DNA of 45,676 nt. Source: Bacilli bacterium. Lineage in GTDB: Bacteria; Bacillota_I; Bacilli_A; RFN20; CAG-826. The translations under genes were made by a program, and so were the position numbers. The notes beneath the pieces are model-generated. The model was not told the DNA's origin, made no database searches, and was given only the letters and a program-made list of their open reading frames with translations. Position 1 is the stretch's first letter, and each line of letters begins with the position of its first letter. The stretch spans positions 1 to 45,676 of the forward strand of contig JAZLKX010000016.1 of assembly GCA_045597865.1 (NCBI GenBank), written 5' to 3'. Below, piece by piece: positions 16,616 to 26,618 of this stretch.

Positions 16616-18577
16616 CTAAATTAATTTTGAACGTCCTTTTGTTGCGCGGCTGTTTGTTCCGTTTTGTTTCTTGACCAACTCGATAATTGCTTGTTCATTA
16701 ATTGGTTTTGAATAGTAATAACCTTGGAAGAAGTTAACACCTAAACGTTTCAAAACATTTACCATCTCTTCGTCTTCAACGCCTTCACAAACACAATCCT
16801 TATCGAAACAATAAATTAAACGGACACAGTTTTCCAAAACAGTGAAATATTTCTTGTTCTTCATGGCGTTCCATAAAATGGAAGCATCGATTTTAACTAT
16901 TTTTGCGTCCATTTCAGCCATGTAAATAACTGTGGAGTAACCTGATCCATAGTCGTCCAAAGAGAAGAAGAATCCCTTCTCTCTTAATTTAGCAATGTTG
17001 TTTTTTACAACAGCAAGGTATTTTTCATCACCTTCTGCTGTTTCTGTAATTTCAAGGTTAATAAAGTTTGGGTCTACTTCATAACGTGATGCAAGCTCAG
17101 TGTATCTATCAACTGTATTAGGATCAAGGAGTTTTAAAAGTGAAAGGTTGATGTCAACAAATTCAATTCCGTAGTCCTTAATGTGGTTATTTCTAATAAA
17201 ACGACAAACTTTTTCGAAAACGATTTCATCAATTTGGAAAATTAAACCTTCTTCTTCTGCAATTGGTATAAACTCACCTGGTGAAATAAATTCATCATCA
17301 GTGTTTTTAAACCTAATTAAAGCTTCAAGGCCTACATGTTTATCCTTTTTCCAGTCATAAAGAGGTTGATAGAACATTTCAAAGCCATCATTTTCAATAG
17401 CTTCGTGGATTCTCATAACAATCCTTTCACGGCGATGTCTTGCGTCTAAAAGCTTAGCATCAAATGGAGTTATAAGTTCACCCTTGGTGTTTTCAGGATC
17501 AAATAACATCATCGAAATAGCGCTGTGTAAGTCGGTGAGGTTATTACAATCTTGCGGGCATTCAACGACCGTAAATTGAGCTTCAAGTTTTAAGTCTGGG
17601 TTGTGTTCCAAGCCGCCCTTATAGCACTTTTCTGCTACATCACGGCATGTTGATTCTAAATCCCAAGTAGCTCTTGTAGCGTCAATAACAAAGACATTTC
17701 TTCTAAGCGAGAACACAAATTGTTGTCCGAATTGTTTCTTTAAATGCATTAAGGTTTCAAAAATAGCAACGTTTGCACGTTTTAAACCGACTTTTTGAAT
17801 GTATAAATTAAAATCTTTATATGCGAAGCATACGAGTTTAAATGGAACTTTGTTTTTAAGTTTTTCGCCAAAGACCATATTAAAAGTCTCTTCGTTATAT
17901 ACGCCTGTGTTAGCGTAATAATACTTGTCTGGGTTGTCTGTAACGATTGTACATAGCAATACGGTAATTGTAATTGTGAAGTTTTCAACGTACACGTGAG
18001 GAACAAGAACTTCAACTAAAATAGCAGCAAACCACACAAGTAAGAAGAAAACATCCAAGCCTAATTGAATTTTCTTGAGTGACTTCTTGTTTCTTAATGT
18101 CATTATCAAAGCGTAAACAAGTGATAAAGCACAAACAGAAATAATAATAATTAAACCAAAGTCGTATTCGTAGTGATTTTCTTCATCAAAAGTAAATACC
18201 CAATGGTGTGCAGGATTTGATAAAAGAAGTAAAATTAAACCAATATAAAAAATAGAAAATACTATCTTTTCTGCTTTGGTTGCTAAGTGACCTCTTGCGG
18301 AAGAAGTTACATAGTAAAGGAAAATATAATGTAATGTAATGTGAATTAAATAATATAAAATAACAAAAAATTGTTGCCAGAAACTTGGAAGAACCAAAGT
18401 TCCGGTTCCAAGGAAGACAACAAGAATTTCACATGCCGCAGATAAAGCATTAAATGCGATTAAATATTTAAATAATCTTCTAGAGATTGTTGGATATGAT
18501 TTTCTGACAAGGAAAACAATAAACAATAAAATTGTTAATATGATAGATGCAATGTTTAATTGATAAAATGCTTCCAT
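16616..18577 (-). CDS. Multi-pass membrane sensor with degenerate GGDEF and intact EAL phosphodiesterase
   Basis: About 7 N-terminal TM helices; eroded GGDEF (TGVYNE...). EAL motifs LEALIRF, INLS, EITE, DDYGSGYS, KID, EGVE, QGY. Confidence 0.9.
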   Translation of the reverse strand: MEAFYQLNIASIILTILLFIVFLVRKSYPTISRRLFKYLIAFNALSAACEILVVFLGTGTLVLPSFWQQFFVILYYLIHITLHYIFLYYVTSSARGHLATKAEKIVFSIFYIGLILLLLSNPAHHWVFTFDEENHYEYDFGLIIIISVCALSLVYALIMTLRNKKSLKKIQLGLDVFFLLVWFAAILVEVLVPHVYVENFTITITVLLCTIVTDNPDKYYYANTGVYNEETFNMVFGEKLKNKVPFKLVCFAYKDFNLYIQKVGLKRANVAIFETLMHLKKQFGQQFVFSLRRNVFVIDATRATWDLESTCRDVAEKCYKGGLEHNPDLKLEAQFTVVECPQDCNNLTDLHSAISMMLFDPENTKGELITPFDAKLLDARHRRERIVMRIHEAIENDGFEMFYQPLYDWKKDKHVGLEALIRFKNTDDEFISPGEFIPIAEEEGLIFQIDEIVFEKVCRFIRNNHIKDYGIEFVDINLSLLKLLDPNTVDRYTELASRYEVDPNFINLEITETAEGDEKYLAVVKNNIAKLREKGFFFSLDDYGSGYSTVIYMAEMDAKIVKIDASILWNAMKNKKYFTVLENCVRLIYCFDKDCVCEGVEDEEMVNVLKRLGVNFFQGYYYSKPINEQAIIELVKKQNGTNSRATKGRSKLI

Positions 18578-18587
18578 ACTTTCCTAA

Positions 18588-19688
18588 TTAGAAGTAAACA
18601 ACTTTATTTCTACCTGTTTCCTTAGCATTATAAAGAGCGCTATCAGCATTCTTTAACCACTCGTCTTTATTAGCAAAGACTTTATCGTTTGTTTCAAAGA
18701 CACCACCACTTATTGTTGTTTTCATAACTTTATCATTGAAAACGAACTCATGGTTTTGGACAGCCATTCTAAATTCTTCTAGATCAGCTTTCTTAATTTG
18801 CTCGTCAACGTAACAAACGAGGAACTCTTCGCCGCCCCAACGACATGCGGCAAGTGAATTTCCGAGCTTTTCTTTAATAATATGAGAAAGTTCAATAAGA
18901 ACTTCGTCACCAGCTAAGTGGCCATACGTATCATTTAATTTTTTGAAAAAGTCAATATCAAAGACAATAAAACCAATTTTGCTATAGGTTCTGGTTTTTA
19001 ATTCAGATTCAAGTAAATCATAGAAACCTTTACGGTTAAATAAACCTGTTAATCCATCATGAGTTGAGTAACCCTCGTTAATAGTGTTGACTTCCTCAAG
19101 AGCTTGGAATTGGTATTGTTGAATAGATTCAAGGAACAAAGCGATTAAATAGAATGCAACATAAAGGATTGGGAATCTCTTCATAAATGTATCGGTATAA
19201 TGCTCGAGCATTGTTTTATAGAAAGGAATTTCTTTCAAAACTGGAGCGATTAATGGGACATAGAAAGCTGCAACAAGTATTAAGAACATGACACCTGTAA
19301 CAATTGAACCGATCTTTCTTCCGTAAAAAATCATACAAGCGATAGGAACGAGAGCAATCCAAATAGCAGAGAATCCTTCAGGCTTACCTGTATAAAGGAA
19401 CATCGCAAACATTGCAATAAATTCAAAGAAGAATAACCATGCTGCAATTTTTCTTCCGCCTTTCGAGAAATATGTAAGTAAAAAGTTTGGAATTAATGAA
19501 ATTGCGAAAATTCCAGTTGTTAAGGTTAGAATGTCAGTTAAGCCAAACTCCATAATATTTAAAACAGTCATAAAAACAGCGACTGCAAAAAGAGCAACGA
19601 AAGCAATTAAACGAACTAATCTAATGTATTTATCTTGATCAAGAAGTGAATCTTTGAATCTATCGAAGAATCTAAATTTTCTGCCCAT
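18588..19688 (-). CDS. Membrane diguanylate cyclase (GGEEF)
   Basis: About 6 TM helices; HDGLTGLFNR, DIDFFKKLNDTYGHLAGDEVL, RWGGEEF, ADSALYNAKETGRN. No RxxD I-site. Confidence 0.93.
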   Translation of the reverse strand: MGRKFRFFDRFKDSLLDQDKYIRLVRLIAFVALFAVAVFMTVLNIMEFGLTDILTLTTGIFAISLIPNFLLTYFSKGGRKIAAWLFFFEFIAMFAMFLYTGKPEGFSAIWIALVPIACMIFYGRKIGSIVTGVMFLILVAAFYVPLIAPVLKEIPFYKTMLEHYTDTFMKRFPILYVAFYLIALFLESIQQYQFQALEEVNTINEGYSTHDGLTGLFNRKGFYDLLESELKTRTYSKIGFIVFDIDFFKKLNDTYGHLAGDEVLIELSHIIKEKLGNSLAACRWGGEEFLVCYVDEQIKKADLEEFRMAVQNHEFVFNDKVMKTTISGGVFETNDKVFANKDEWLKNADSALYNAKETGRNKVVYF

Positions 19689-19840
19689 AATAAATCCTGA
19701 CTATTTTTTATAAAAAATGCCTATAATCGTCATAAGTATATAATAATACTTAATGGATTAAAATAATATTTTTAAGCGAAAAGAAAAGGAAACATAGTTT
19801 CCTGTTTTCAATTATTTTGTGAAGAAAAGTAATTAGTTAA

Positions 19841-20635
19841 TTATTTTTCAACCTTAACGTACTTAATGTATTCGTATTGTTTTTCGCATTCAGAGAGTGC
19901 TCTCATTTGTGAGAGACATTCTTCATAAAGGTAGTTAATATTTTCTTCTTGGTTTAACTCTGGATTTGGCATAATAACGGTGCCAATTTTAACTGTTTGT
20001 TTTGGTTTTTTAGACCACCACACTTTTCTCCAAACAGTTACAACTGGAAGTACTGGAGCATTCACAATGGCTGGGTACTTCATGGTTTGAACTTTGAAGT
20101 TACGAATTTTGGTGTAATAAGGCCAAATGTGAGCCTCAGGATAAATGACAACGATTTGATGTTTTTTGTGAATGTAATAGCGCATTGCTTCCACTAATGC
20201 TGCTTTATTTTCAGGATCTGGCCCTAGAGGAAGTGGCAAAAATCCTAATTGTCGAACAACGGTTCTAAGCACTGGAACCGACAAAGAATCAGTATAGCCT
20301 AGAATGTTTACCCTTTTTCCATAACAAACAGGTGATGCCATTTTATAAACATCTGGAACGGAAACGTGGTTCGAATAAATAAATGCGCCAGTCTTTTTAA
20401 TTGCTTTCAAATTCTTTCTTCCTTTTACCTTCATTCCACTTAAATATGAAATAATCGCAAGCACAGGAAGAGCAATTCCGTAATATAGAATATTACCAAA
20501 GAAGTTACAAGCCTTCGAACGAATGAATTTATAACCTGGTGTTAAAGGTGGGCGTTTTGAAAGGATTTGATCAAAATCATCATGAAGTTCATCATGCCAA
20601 TAAATTGTGTGAGTTTTTTTCCAATCCTTACTCAT
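19841..20635 (-). CDS. Lysophospholipid acyltransferase family protein (PlsC-like)
   Basis: NHVSVPD (HX4D) and YPEAH motifs; overlaps the GT2 stop. Confidence 0.8.
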   Translation of the reverse strand: MSKDWKKTHTIYWHDELHDDFDQILSKRPPLTPGYKFIRSKACNFFGNILYYGIALPVLAIISYLSGMKVKGRKNLKAIKKTGAFIYSNHVSVPDVYKMASPVCYGKRVNILGYTDSLSVPVLRTVVRQLGFLPLPLGPDPENKAALVEAMRYYIHKKHQIVVIYPEAHIWPYYTKIRNFKVQTMKYPAIVNAPVLPVVTVWRKVWWSKKPKQTVKIGTVIMPNPELNQEENINYLYEECLSQMRALSECEKQYEYIKYVKVEK

Positions 20636-21932
20636 TTTTTGTTTCCTTTTCTGTTTTACCAGTGTGTTCTATTTGAACCCATTTATGACGTTTAGATTTA
20701 TGGAATGCTAAATCAAGGAATGCAACTAAGAAATCATAGAAGAAAATAAAGTAAGTTGATGTGCAAACAATGGCGACATGTGGTTTCATATGAAGTTTTT
20801 TGCGCTCTGAAATAATAATGTATAAGGACGCAATAACAAATGGTAAGTAAAGACATAAGAATTCATAAATGGTGATGCCCCAACATCTCCAAATCATGTC
20901 CACTTCTTTCCTTGTAAATGTAGCGCCAAATGCTAAACCAAGTGATGTAAGGAACAACAAAGCATTAACAATGTTATAAATAATAAATGGTAAAATACCG
21001 ACCTTAAATTCTGAGCGCATTAATGCTTTCTTTGGTCCTTTATGGTATTCATAGAATACACCACATTTTTTCAAATAACGTCTTGATGCAAAGAATCCTG
21101 CTAACCATCTAACGTGTTGATCATGTACTTGCTTCATTTTTGGTGATTGTTCATCATAGAAAACAGCATCGGGATAATAACGCATATTAACGTCATGATA
21201 ATAGCAATAAGATGTAAGTTGAATGTCTTCGGTCATGCCTGTGAAAATCCAACCACCAGCATCATCAATAATTGACTTATCAACGTAATAACCGGTGCCC
21301 ATTAAGGTTGCTTTATGAAATAAGTAAGATCTTCCTTTTGAAGTAACTTGGTTCATATAGGCAAACATAACAGCACTTGTTGAAGTTAACCAATTGACGT
21401 TAACGTTTGTAAAATTACGATAACCAGAACCAACTTTAACTCCTGTCTGTCTTAAATTATTCATGAGTTCAATAAAGTTTGGTTCCATAACGTTATCGGC
21501 GTCAAAAATCATGTAAGCATCATAAACAATGCTTTCACGTTCAAAATAATCAATTATTTCCTGTAAGGCAAAGCCTTTAGTACGTCTTTCGTCAGTTAAT
21601 CTATCACGTCTGAACCATTTATAGCCAAATTCTTCAGCAATCTTAATAGATGGATCATCAAAGGATTCAACAACAATCCATACATCATAATATTCTTTTG
21701 GGTAAGTTTGTTTTTTCAAAGCTTCGAAAATATTTCTAATTACTTTGCTTTCATTACGTGCAGCAATAATTACGCCAAACTTTGTATAATTTTCACTAAC
21801 AGGTACTGGAGCAACTTTTCTTCTCGCAGTAAAAAAATATGTCAAATAATAGAGTGACAACACAATGGTAAAAAGAACCATAAAGGTTGAAACCGATCCA
21901 ATAATCCACAGAGCTAAATCGTAATCAATCAT
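20628..21932 (-). CDS. Membrane GT2 glycosyltransferase with processive-type D,D,D,QxxRW signature
   Basis: IAARNE, KGFAL, FDAD, TED and QHVRW motifs; N- and C-terminal TMs. Start moved to ATG 21932, downstream of a TTGCCT-17-TAGAAT promoter. Confidence 0.88.
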   Translation of the reverse strand: MIDYDLALWIIGSVSTFMVLFTIVLSLYYLTYFFTARRKVAPVPVSENYTKFGVIIAARNESKVIRNIFEALKKQTYPKEYYDVWIVVESFDDPSIKIAEEFGYKWFRRDRLTDERRTKGFALQEIIDYFERESIVYDAYMIFDADNVMEPNFIELMNNLRQTGVKVGSGYRNFTNVNVNWLTSTSAVMFAYMNQVTSKGRSYLFHKATLMGTGYYVDKSIIDDAGGWIFTGMTEDIQLTSYCYYHDVNMRYYPDAVFYDEQSPKMKQVHDQHVRWLAGFFASRRYLKKCGVFYEYHKGPKKALMRSEFKVGILPFIIYNIVNALLFLTSLGLAFGATFTRKEVDMIWRCWGITIYEFLCLYLPFVIASLYIIISERKKLHMKPHVAIVCTSTYFIFFYDFLVAFLDLAFHKSKRHKWVQIEHTGKTEKETKNE

Positions 21933-22017
21933 AATTTTTACCACTTTTATTCTACTACACATGCACTATATAGGCAAATAAAAAGGCAACTTTTTAAGCT
22001 GCCTTTAATGATTTCTA

Positions 22018-22872
22018 TTAGTATAATCGAACTTTTTCTTTCTTCTCTAATGGATGCTCAACACCATCAAGCATAATTTTCCTAATTTTTTCAGACAATT
22101 CTTCTTGAGTTAAATCCTTATATTCTTCAGGTTTAATTACCGCAAGAAAATCGATTTGAATTTTATGAACTTTAAACAAAAGTTTATGATTAATTTTATC
22201 GCTTCCATGAATTACGCTAATTACAATAGGTTTTTCAGCTTTCTTTGCAATACCTACAATTTGTTCTTTATAATCAAGCAAAACAGGATTTGGATAATTT
22301 TTATTTCTTGTTCCTTCTGGGTAAACCGCAAGTGAGCACTCCCCTGCTCTCACCCATCTTACTCCACGTATTAATTCGCTCACATCGTTCATGCTAGAAT
22401 CACGCAATAATTTGACATAACCTATGCCTTGTATTGTTTTTCCAAAGAATGGAATTTTGAACAATGATGCTTTTGAAACGAAGATTAATGGGTACTTTCT
22501 AAGCACATAGTTAGTATAAATTGGATCAACATTACTTAAATGATTTTGAAATAAAATGAAGTTATCATCATTTGGAATCTTGTCTAAACCATTAACAGTT
22601 AATTTAGCACCAAAGAGTGATAGTAAAATAAGTGAATCAAGGTTAAATAATTTACGATAGCCTGGACCGTATTTAACAGGAGCCTTCTTTCTACTTACTG
22701 TAATTGTTGCAATAACAGCAAACATAAAATACAAGAAAACAATTGCAATCATAAATGCTAAGCCAAAGCCAATAATGCCTACTGCTATTTTCCATGCTTC
22801 ATTTAAATGAAGAAGCAAGGTTGTCATAGTAGATAATCCAAACGATAAGAGTAATAAAACTATTTTTATCAT
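22018..22872 (-). CDS. plsC: 1-acyl-sn-glycerol-3-phosphate acyltransferase
   Basis: NHLSNVD, FVSKASLF.IP, YPEGTR; N-terminal TMs. Confidence 0.8.
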   Translation of the reverse strand: MIKIVLLLLSFGLSTMTTLLLHLNEAWKIAVGIIGFGLAFMIAIVFLYFMFAVIATITVSRKKAPVKYGPGYRKLFNLDSLILLSLFGAKLTVNGLDKIPNDDNFILFQNHLSNVDPIYTNYVLRKYPLIFVSKASLFKIPFFGKTIQGIGYVKLLRDSSMNDVSELIRGVRWVRAGECSLAVYPEGTRNKNYPNPVLLDYKEQIVGIAKKAEKPIVISVIHGSDKINHKLLFKVHKIQIDFLAVIKPEEYKDLTQEELSEKIRKIMLDGVEHPLEKKEKVRLY

Positions 22873-22873
22873 A

Positions 22874-23680
22874 CTATTGCTCCTTTACGTAATACATTCT
22901 ACGCATTTGGTTAATATCATCGCCGCTAATGCCCAGTGCTTGCTTGAAGAAATCATAACGGTCTATATAATTCTTTTTAATTTCATCAAATGTTGCAATT
23001 ATTAATTTCTTATGCGCCATTTGTAAATAATAAAGGTCTTTTGAAACTCTAAAAGACATAAATCTAATAGCCACAACCATTGAAATTAAGAAATTTTTAA
23101 ACCTGTAGGCGTTATTGAAGCGTTTGTAATCGGTGTAAATACTCTTTTTATCAACACCTAAAGCATAAAGAATTAAGGCTGCCAAAACACCGGTTCTATC
23201 TTTTCCTTGAGTGCAATGAAAAATGATTGCCTTATCATCCTTTTTATTTAAGATTAATTCGAATATCTTTTTAAACTGCATTAAGCATTGCTCATCGCTT
23301 ACCATTTTACGATAAACACGCTCTAAATATTTAACTGCCCCACCTTTATTTTTAGTAATATCAAGTAGGATTGCAGTTCTATTTTTCTTAGTTATGAGTG
23401 GATTATCAAATTCGTTTAAAACCGGAATGTGATAATACTCAACTAAGTCAGAATACATATCTGGCGCATTTTCCTTTTCAGCACTGGTTCTAAGATCAAT
23501 AACATAACCAATATTAAAAGTTTCAACAAACTCTTTTGCTTGAATAGCAGAAAGTTTGCCTAAATATCCACTTCTATAGAAGAGGCCTTTTTTAATTTTG
23601 ACACCAGCAAAGTTAAAACAAGATGACAAATCTCGTAACGCGTGTACGTGTTGATAATGTATTCTTTTGTTTTTATTCAT
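22874..23680 (-). CDS. Tyrosine-phosphatase-family (IphP/PtpB-like) phosphatase
   Basis: RDL, YRSG, IDLRT..E and the P-loop HCTQGKDRTG. Confidence 0.88.
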   Translation of the reverse strand: MNKNKRIHYQHVHALRDLSSCFNFAGVKIKKGLFYRSGYLGKLSAIQAKEFVETFNIGYVIDLRTSAEKENAPDMYSDLVEYYHIPVLNEFDNPLITKKNRTAILLDITKNKGGAVKYLERVYRKMVSDEQCLMQFKKIFELILNKKDDKAIIFHCTQGKDRTGVLAALILYALGVDKKSIYTDYKRFNNAYRFKNFLISMVVAIRFMSFRVSKDLYYLQMAHKKLIIATFDEIKKNYIDRYDFFKQALGISGDDINQMRRMYYVKEQ

Positions 23681-24534
23681 TAAGCCTTACAATCAATTTT
23701 CAAAACGTTCAATTCAGTTTCACCATCTACCTGTGCAGCACATGGTTTTGTAAATTCAACAACAATGTGTTTTCCTGTGAAAATTTCACACATCTTGGTA
23801 TGTTTTACGTGTTCGCCTTTAAAAATACCTGGGAATTTAACTAGTGTTCCAAGGCGGCCTCTTTTATGCCAAACCAAGACTGAAAGTGTATCGCTGTTTC
23901 TGTCTTGTGCTGGGCATGGAATCATACCACCACCATAATATTTGCCTTTCATAACTGGGGCGAGCCAGACATGTTTAAAGTTGTATTCTTTTCCATCAAC
24001 AGTGACTTTTGCAGTCTTGTTTGAAAAATGGAAAAGTAAACCTTTTATGGCAATACCTGTGTAGTTAATTGGTTTATTTGGTTTCTTTGCCTTTAAAATA
24101 TCTGCAGTTTCACAGCAATAACCGTCAATGCCATAACCAACATTGTCTAAGAACTTATAGGTTTTGCCGTTAACTTCGCAAACTGGAAGGTTTTTTAAAT
24201 ACTTATTTATTTGGATAATACCTTCACTTTTTTCTCTTTCAGAGATATCGTGGTAAAAGTCATTACCTGTACCAGCTGGATAATAGAAGAAATTTTCTGG
24301 AATATCCTTTTCATCAATGTGGTTAATGAAATAATTAATTGTTCCATCACCACCAGAGAGAATAAATTTTTGATCTTTTGCGTAGCTCTTAAGTAAAGCT
24401 GCAAAATCATCTTTGCCGACTAAATCAACATATTCAAGTTCATCATTCTTGAGCATGTCTTGTAACTTTTTGGCATTTTCTAAGCCTGTGCCATTATCGG
24501 CTTTTCCATTGAATAATACGATGTATTTGCTCAT
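23680..24534 (-). CDS. Diacylglycerol/lipid kinase family protein (DagK/YegS-like)
   Basis: Start moved to ATG 24534 (AAGGAG SD). Motifs GGDGT, PAGTGNDF, G.GIDG, YYGGG, QVDGE. Confidence 0.88.
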   Translation of the reverse strand: MSKYIVLFNGKADNGTGLENAKKLQDMLKNDELEYVDLVGKDDFAALLKSYAKDQKFILSGGDGTINYFINHIDEKDIPENFFYYPAGTGNDFYHDISEREKSEGIIQINKYLKNLPVCEVNGKTYKFLDNVGYGIDGYCCETADILKAKKPNKPINYTGIAIKGLLFHFSNKTAKVTVDGKEYNFKHVWLAPVMKGKYYGGGMIPCPAQDRNSDTLSVLVWHKRGRLGTLVKFPGIFKGEHVKHTKMCEIFTGKHIVVEFTKPCAAQVDGETELNVLKIDCKA

Positions 24535-24647
24535 ATTAGTCTCCTTATACGCCGAAATGTTATCACATTTAAAATATATAAGCAAAATATTTAAAAATTC
24601 ATAATAAAAAAACGCCTATTTTTTATAAAATAAGCATTTTTCTATTT

Positions 24648-26618
24648 TTATTTCTTAATCTTAACAATTTCTTTTGCGAAGTCGTTAATTGATGTGAGTT
24701 TAATGTAATCTTCAGTTGGAATATCCAGGTTAAACTTAATTGCAACTTCTTGGCAGAGCTCAACGAATAATAATGAGTCGCCACCTAAATCATTTATAAA
24801 GTGGTCTTTATTATGAATTTTAAACTCAGATAAGCTTAAGACACTTGCAAATATCTTTCTTAATGGGTTAACAATTTCGTCGATTGTTTTTTGGTCAAAT
24901 ACCACTTCTTCTTCAGTCTCAAGATTATCAACTTTGAAGTAAAGATTTGTTTTACGTTCAATTGCATCTTTAATTTCAAAGCGTTTTACCTTTAAACTGC
25001 TGCTAACTGGAAGCTTGCCTTTTGCAAAGTAAACATCATCGATTCTTGCACCGCCTGGAAGCTCAGTAGTTTTAATCTTTTCGACGAGTTGGTCAGCTTC
25101 TTCATTATTAACACAATTGTCAACTTCAAGAACGATTACAATCTTTTGTTCATTTTCGTTCTTTTTAACGCCTAAGACAGAATAGTTATTAACGTGGTTT
25201 AAACCTTTAAAATGCAATTCCAATTCATCAGGATAAATATTTTCACCATTTGCGTTAATAATTACATCTTTAATTCTACCTTTAATATAGAATCGATTGT
25301 CTTCATCTTTTCTAACAATATCACCTGTATGGAAGTAACCATCTTTATCAAGTGTAGCAGGCTTTTGGACCCCACCTATTACTTCTCTAACATGGGTATA
25401 TGGTGATTTAATGAGCAATTCACCCTCTCCAAATGAGTCTGGATTATCAATTTTGTATTCTACTTGGTTTAATGGCATGCCAATTGATGATTTAAGACGA
25501 TCTTTAACATCTGCAGATAATTCAACAGATGTAACACCAACCTCAGTCATACCATAACCGTTATACAAAGGATAACCAATGCCATTTATTACTTCTAATG
25601 TACGTTGTGGAAGAAATCCACCACCTGAAATACAGAATTTAACTTTATTTCCTAAAATACTCTTTTGAACTACTTTCTCAACTGTCTTTTTATGCTTACA
25701 CTTAGCATCTGGTTTGCCTAAATTGACATCCATTAACGATTTAATCATTAATTGTTTTTCTGAAGGTTGAGTAGAAACTTTTCTTTCGAGTTCTTTAGTG
25801 AGAGAGTTCCAGAATAATGGAACACTATAAACATGGGTTACGCCAACTTTTTGACAAATTAATTTGATATCTGATGGGGCTAATGAACTTGGGAAGACCA
25901 TTGCACTACCCCAGCTTGAATACCATAAGAAGACTGCAACGAAACCAAAAACGTGATGGAATGGAATCATTGAAAGAATATTTACGACGCCCATGTCATG
26001 TGTGTACATAATGGTTTTGGTTTGAAGTGGCATCCCTTTACAAGCTTTAATTTGGTTAACCATATTTTCGCCTGTATAAACTGCTAATTTAGCTTTTCCA
26101 GTGGTTCCACTTGAACAGAATGTAACTTCATTAGCCCAATTTGGTGCAAAGCCTTCAATGTCTTCCATGCTAGAAATTGCTCTGGTTGTGGCTTTTGCTA
26201 CTTCATAATCAACATCTTCATTACAAACAATACCGACTGCACCTGTTTGTTTAATGATATTATCAGTTGCGTCTTTGCTGGCCTTTGCATCAAGCAATAA
26301 AACACGATAGCCAGCCATTAATGAAGCGTAAAAATACTCAATCCAATAGACTGAGTTAGCAATTTTAAGTACTACAAGATCATCTTTTTTACCATTGATG
26401 AGCTTTGCAATTTTTGGAGCAACTCTATATATTTCTGCTTCAACATCTTTGTACTTCATTTTGCAAAGCTTTTTCTTGGAATCGAAAAAATATGCTGCAA
26501 CGTTATTTTTTCTAAAAGAAAAAGCAAACTCAAAAATGTCTTTAAATTCTTTGTTTGTTTTATCTAATTCATCACATCTATTAAATAGATTATTTATCTT
26601 TTCATATTCCGGATACAT
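24648..26618 (-). CDS. Long-chain acyl-adenylate ligase fused to a C-terminal acyl carrier protein
   Basis: SSGTTGKAK, P.HH.FG, GYGMTE, FHTGD, GRIKD...GENIYPDELE. C-terminal ACP with DLGGDSL (phosphopantetheine Ser). Confidence 0.9.
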   Translation of the reverse strand: MYPEYEKINNLFNRCDELDKTNKEFKDIFEFAFSFRKNNVAAYFFDSKKKLCKMKYKDVEAEIYRVAPKIAKLINGKKDDLVVLKIANSVYWIEYFYASLMAGYRVLLLDAKASKDATDNIIKQTGAVGIVCNEDVDYEVAKATTRAISSMEDIEGFAPNWANEVTFCSSGTTGKAKLAVYTGENMVNQIKACKGMPLQTKTIMYTHDMGVVNILSMIPFHHVFGFVAVFLWYSSWGSAMVFPSSLAPSDIKLICQKVGVTHVYSVPLFWNSLTKELERKVSTQPSEKQLMIKSLMDVNLGKPDAKCKHKKTVEKVVQKSILGNKVKFCISGGGFLPQRTLEVINGIGYPLYNGYGMTEVGVTSVELSADVKDRLKSSIGMPLNQVEYKIDNPDSFGEGELLIKSPYTHVREVIGGVQKPATLDKDGYFHTGDIVRKDEDNRFYIKGRIKDVIINANGENIYPDELELHFKGLNHVNNYSVLGVKKNENEQKIVIVLEVDNCVNNEEADQLVEKIKTTELPGGARIDDVYFAKGKLPVSSSLKVKRFEIKDAIERKTNLYFKVDNLETEEEVVFDQKTIDEIVNPLRKIFASVLSLSEFKIHNKDHFINDLGGDSLLFVELCQEVAIKFNLDIPTEDYIKLTSINDFAKEIVKIKK

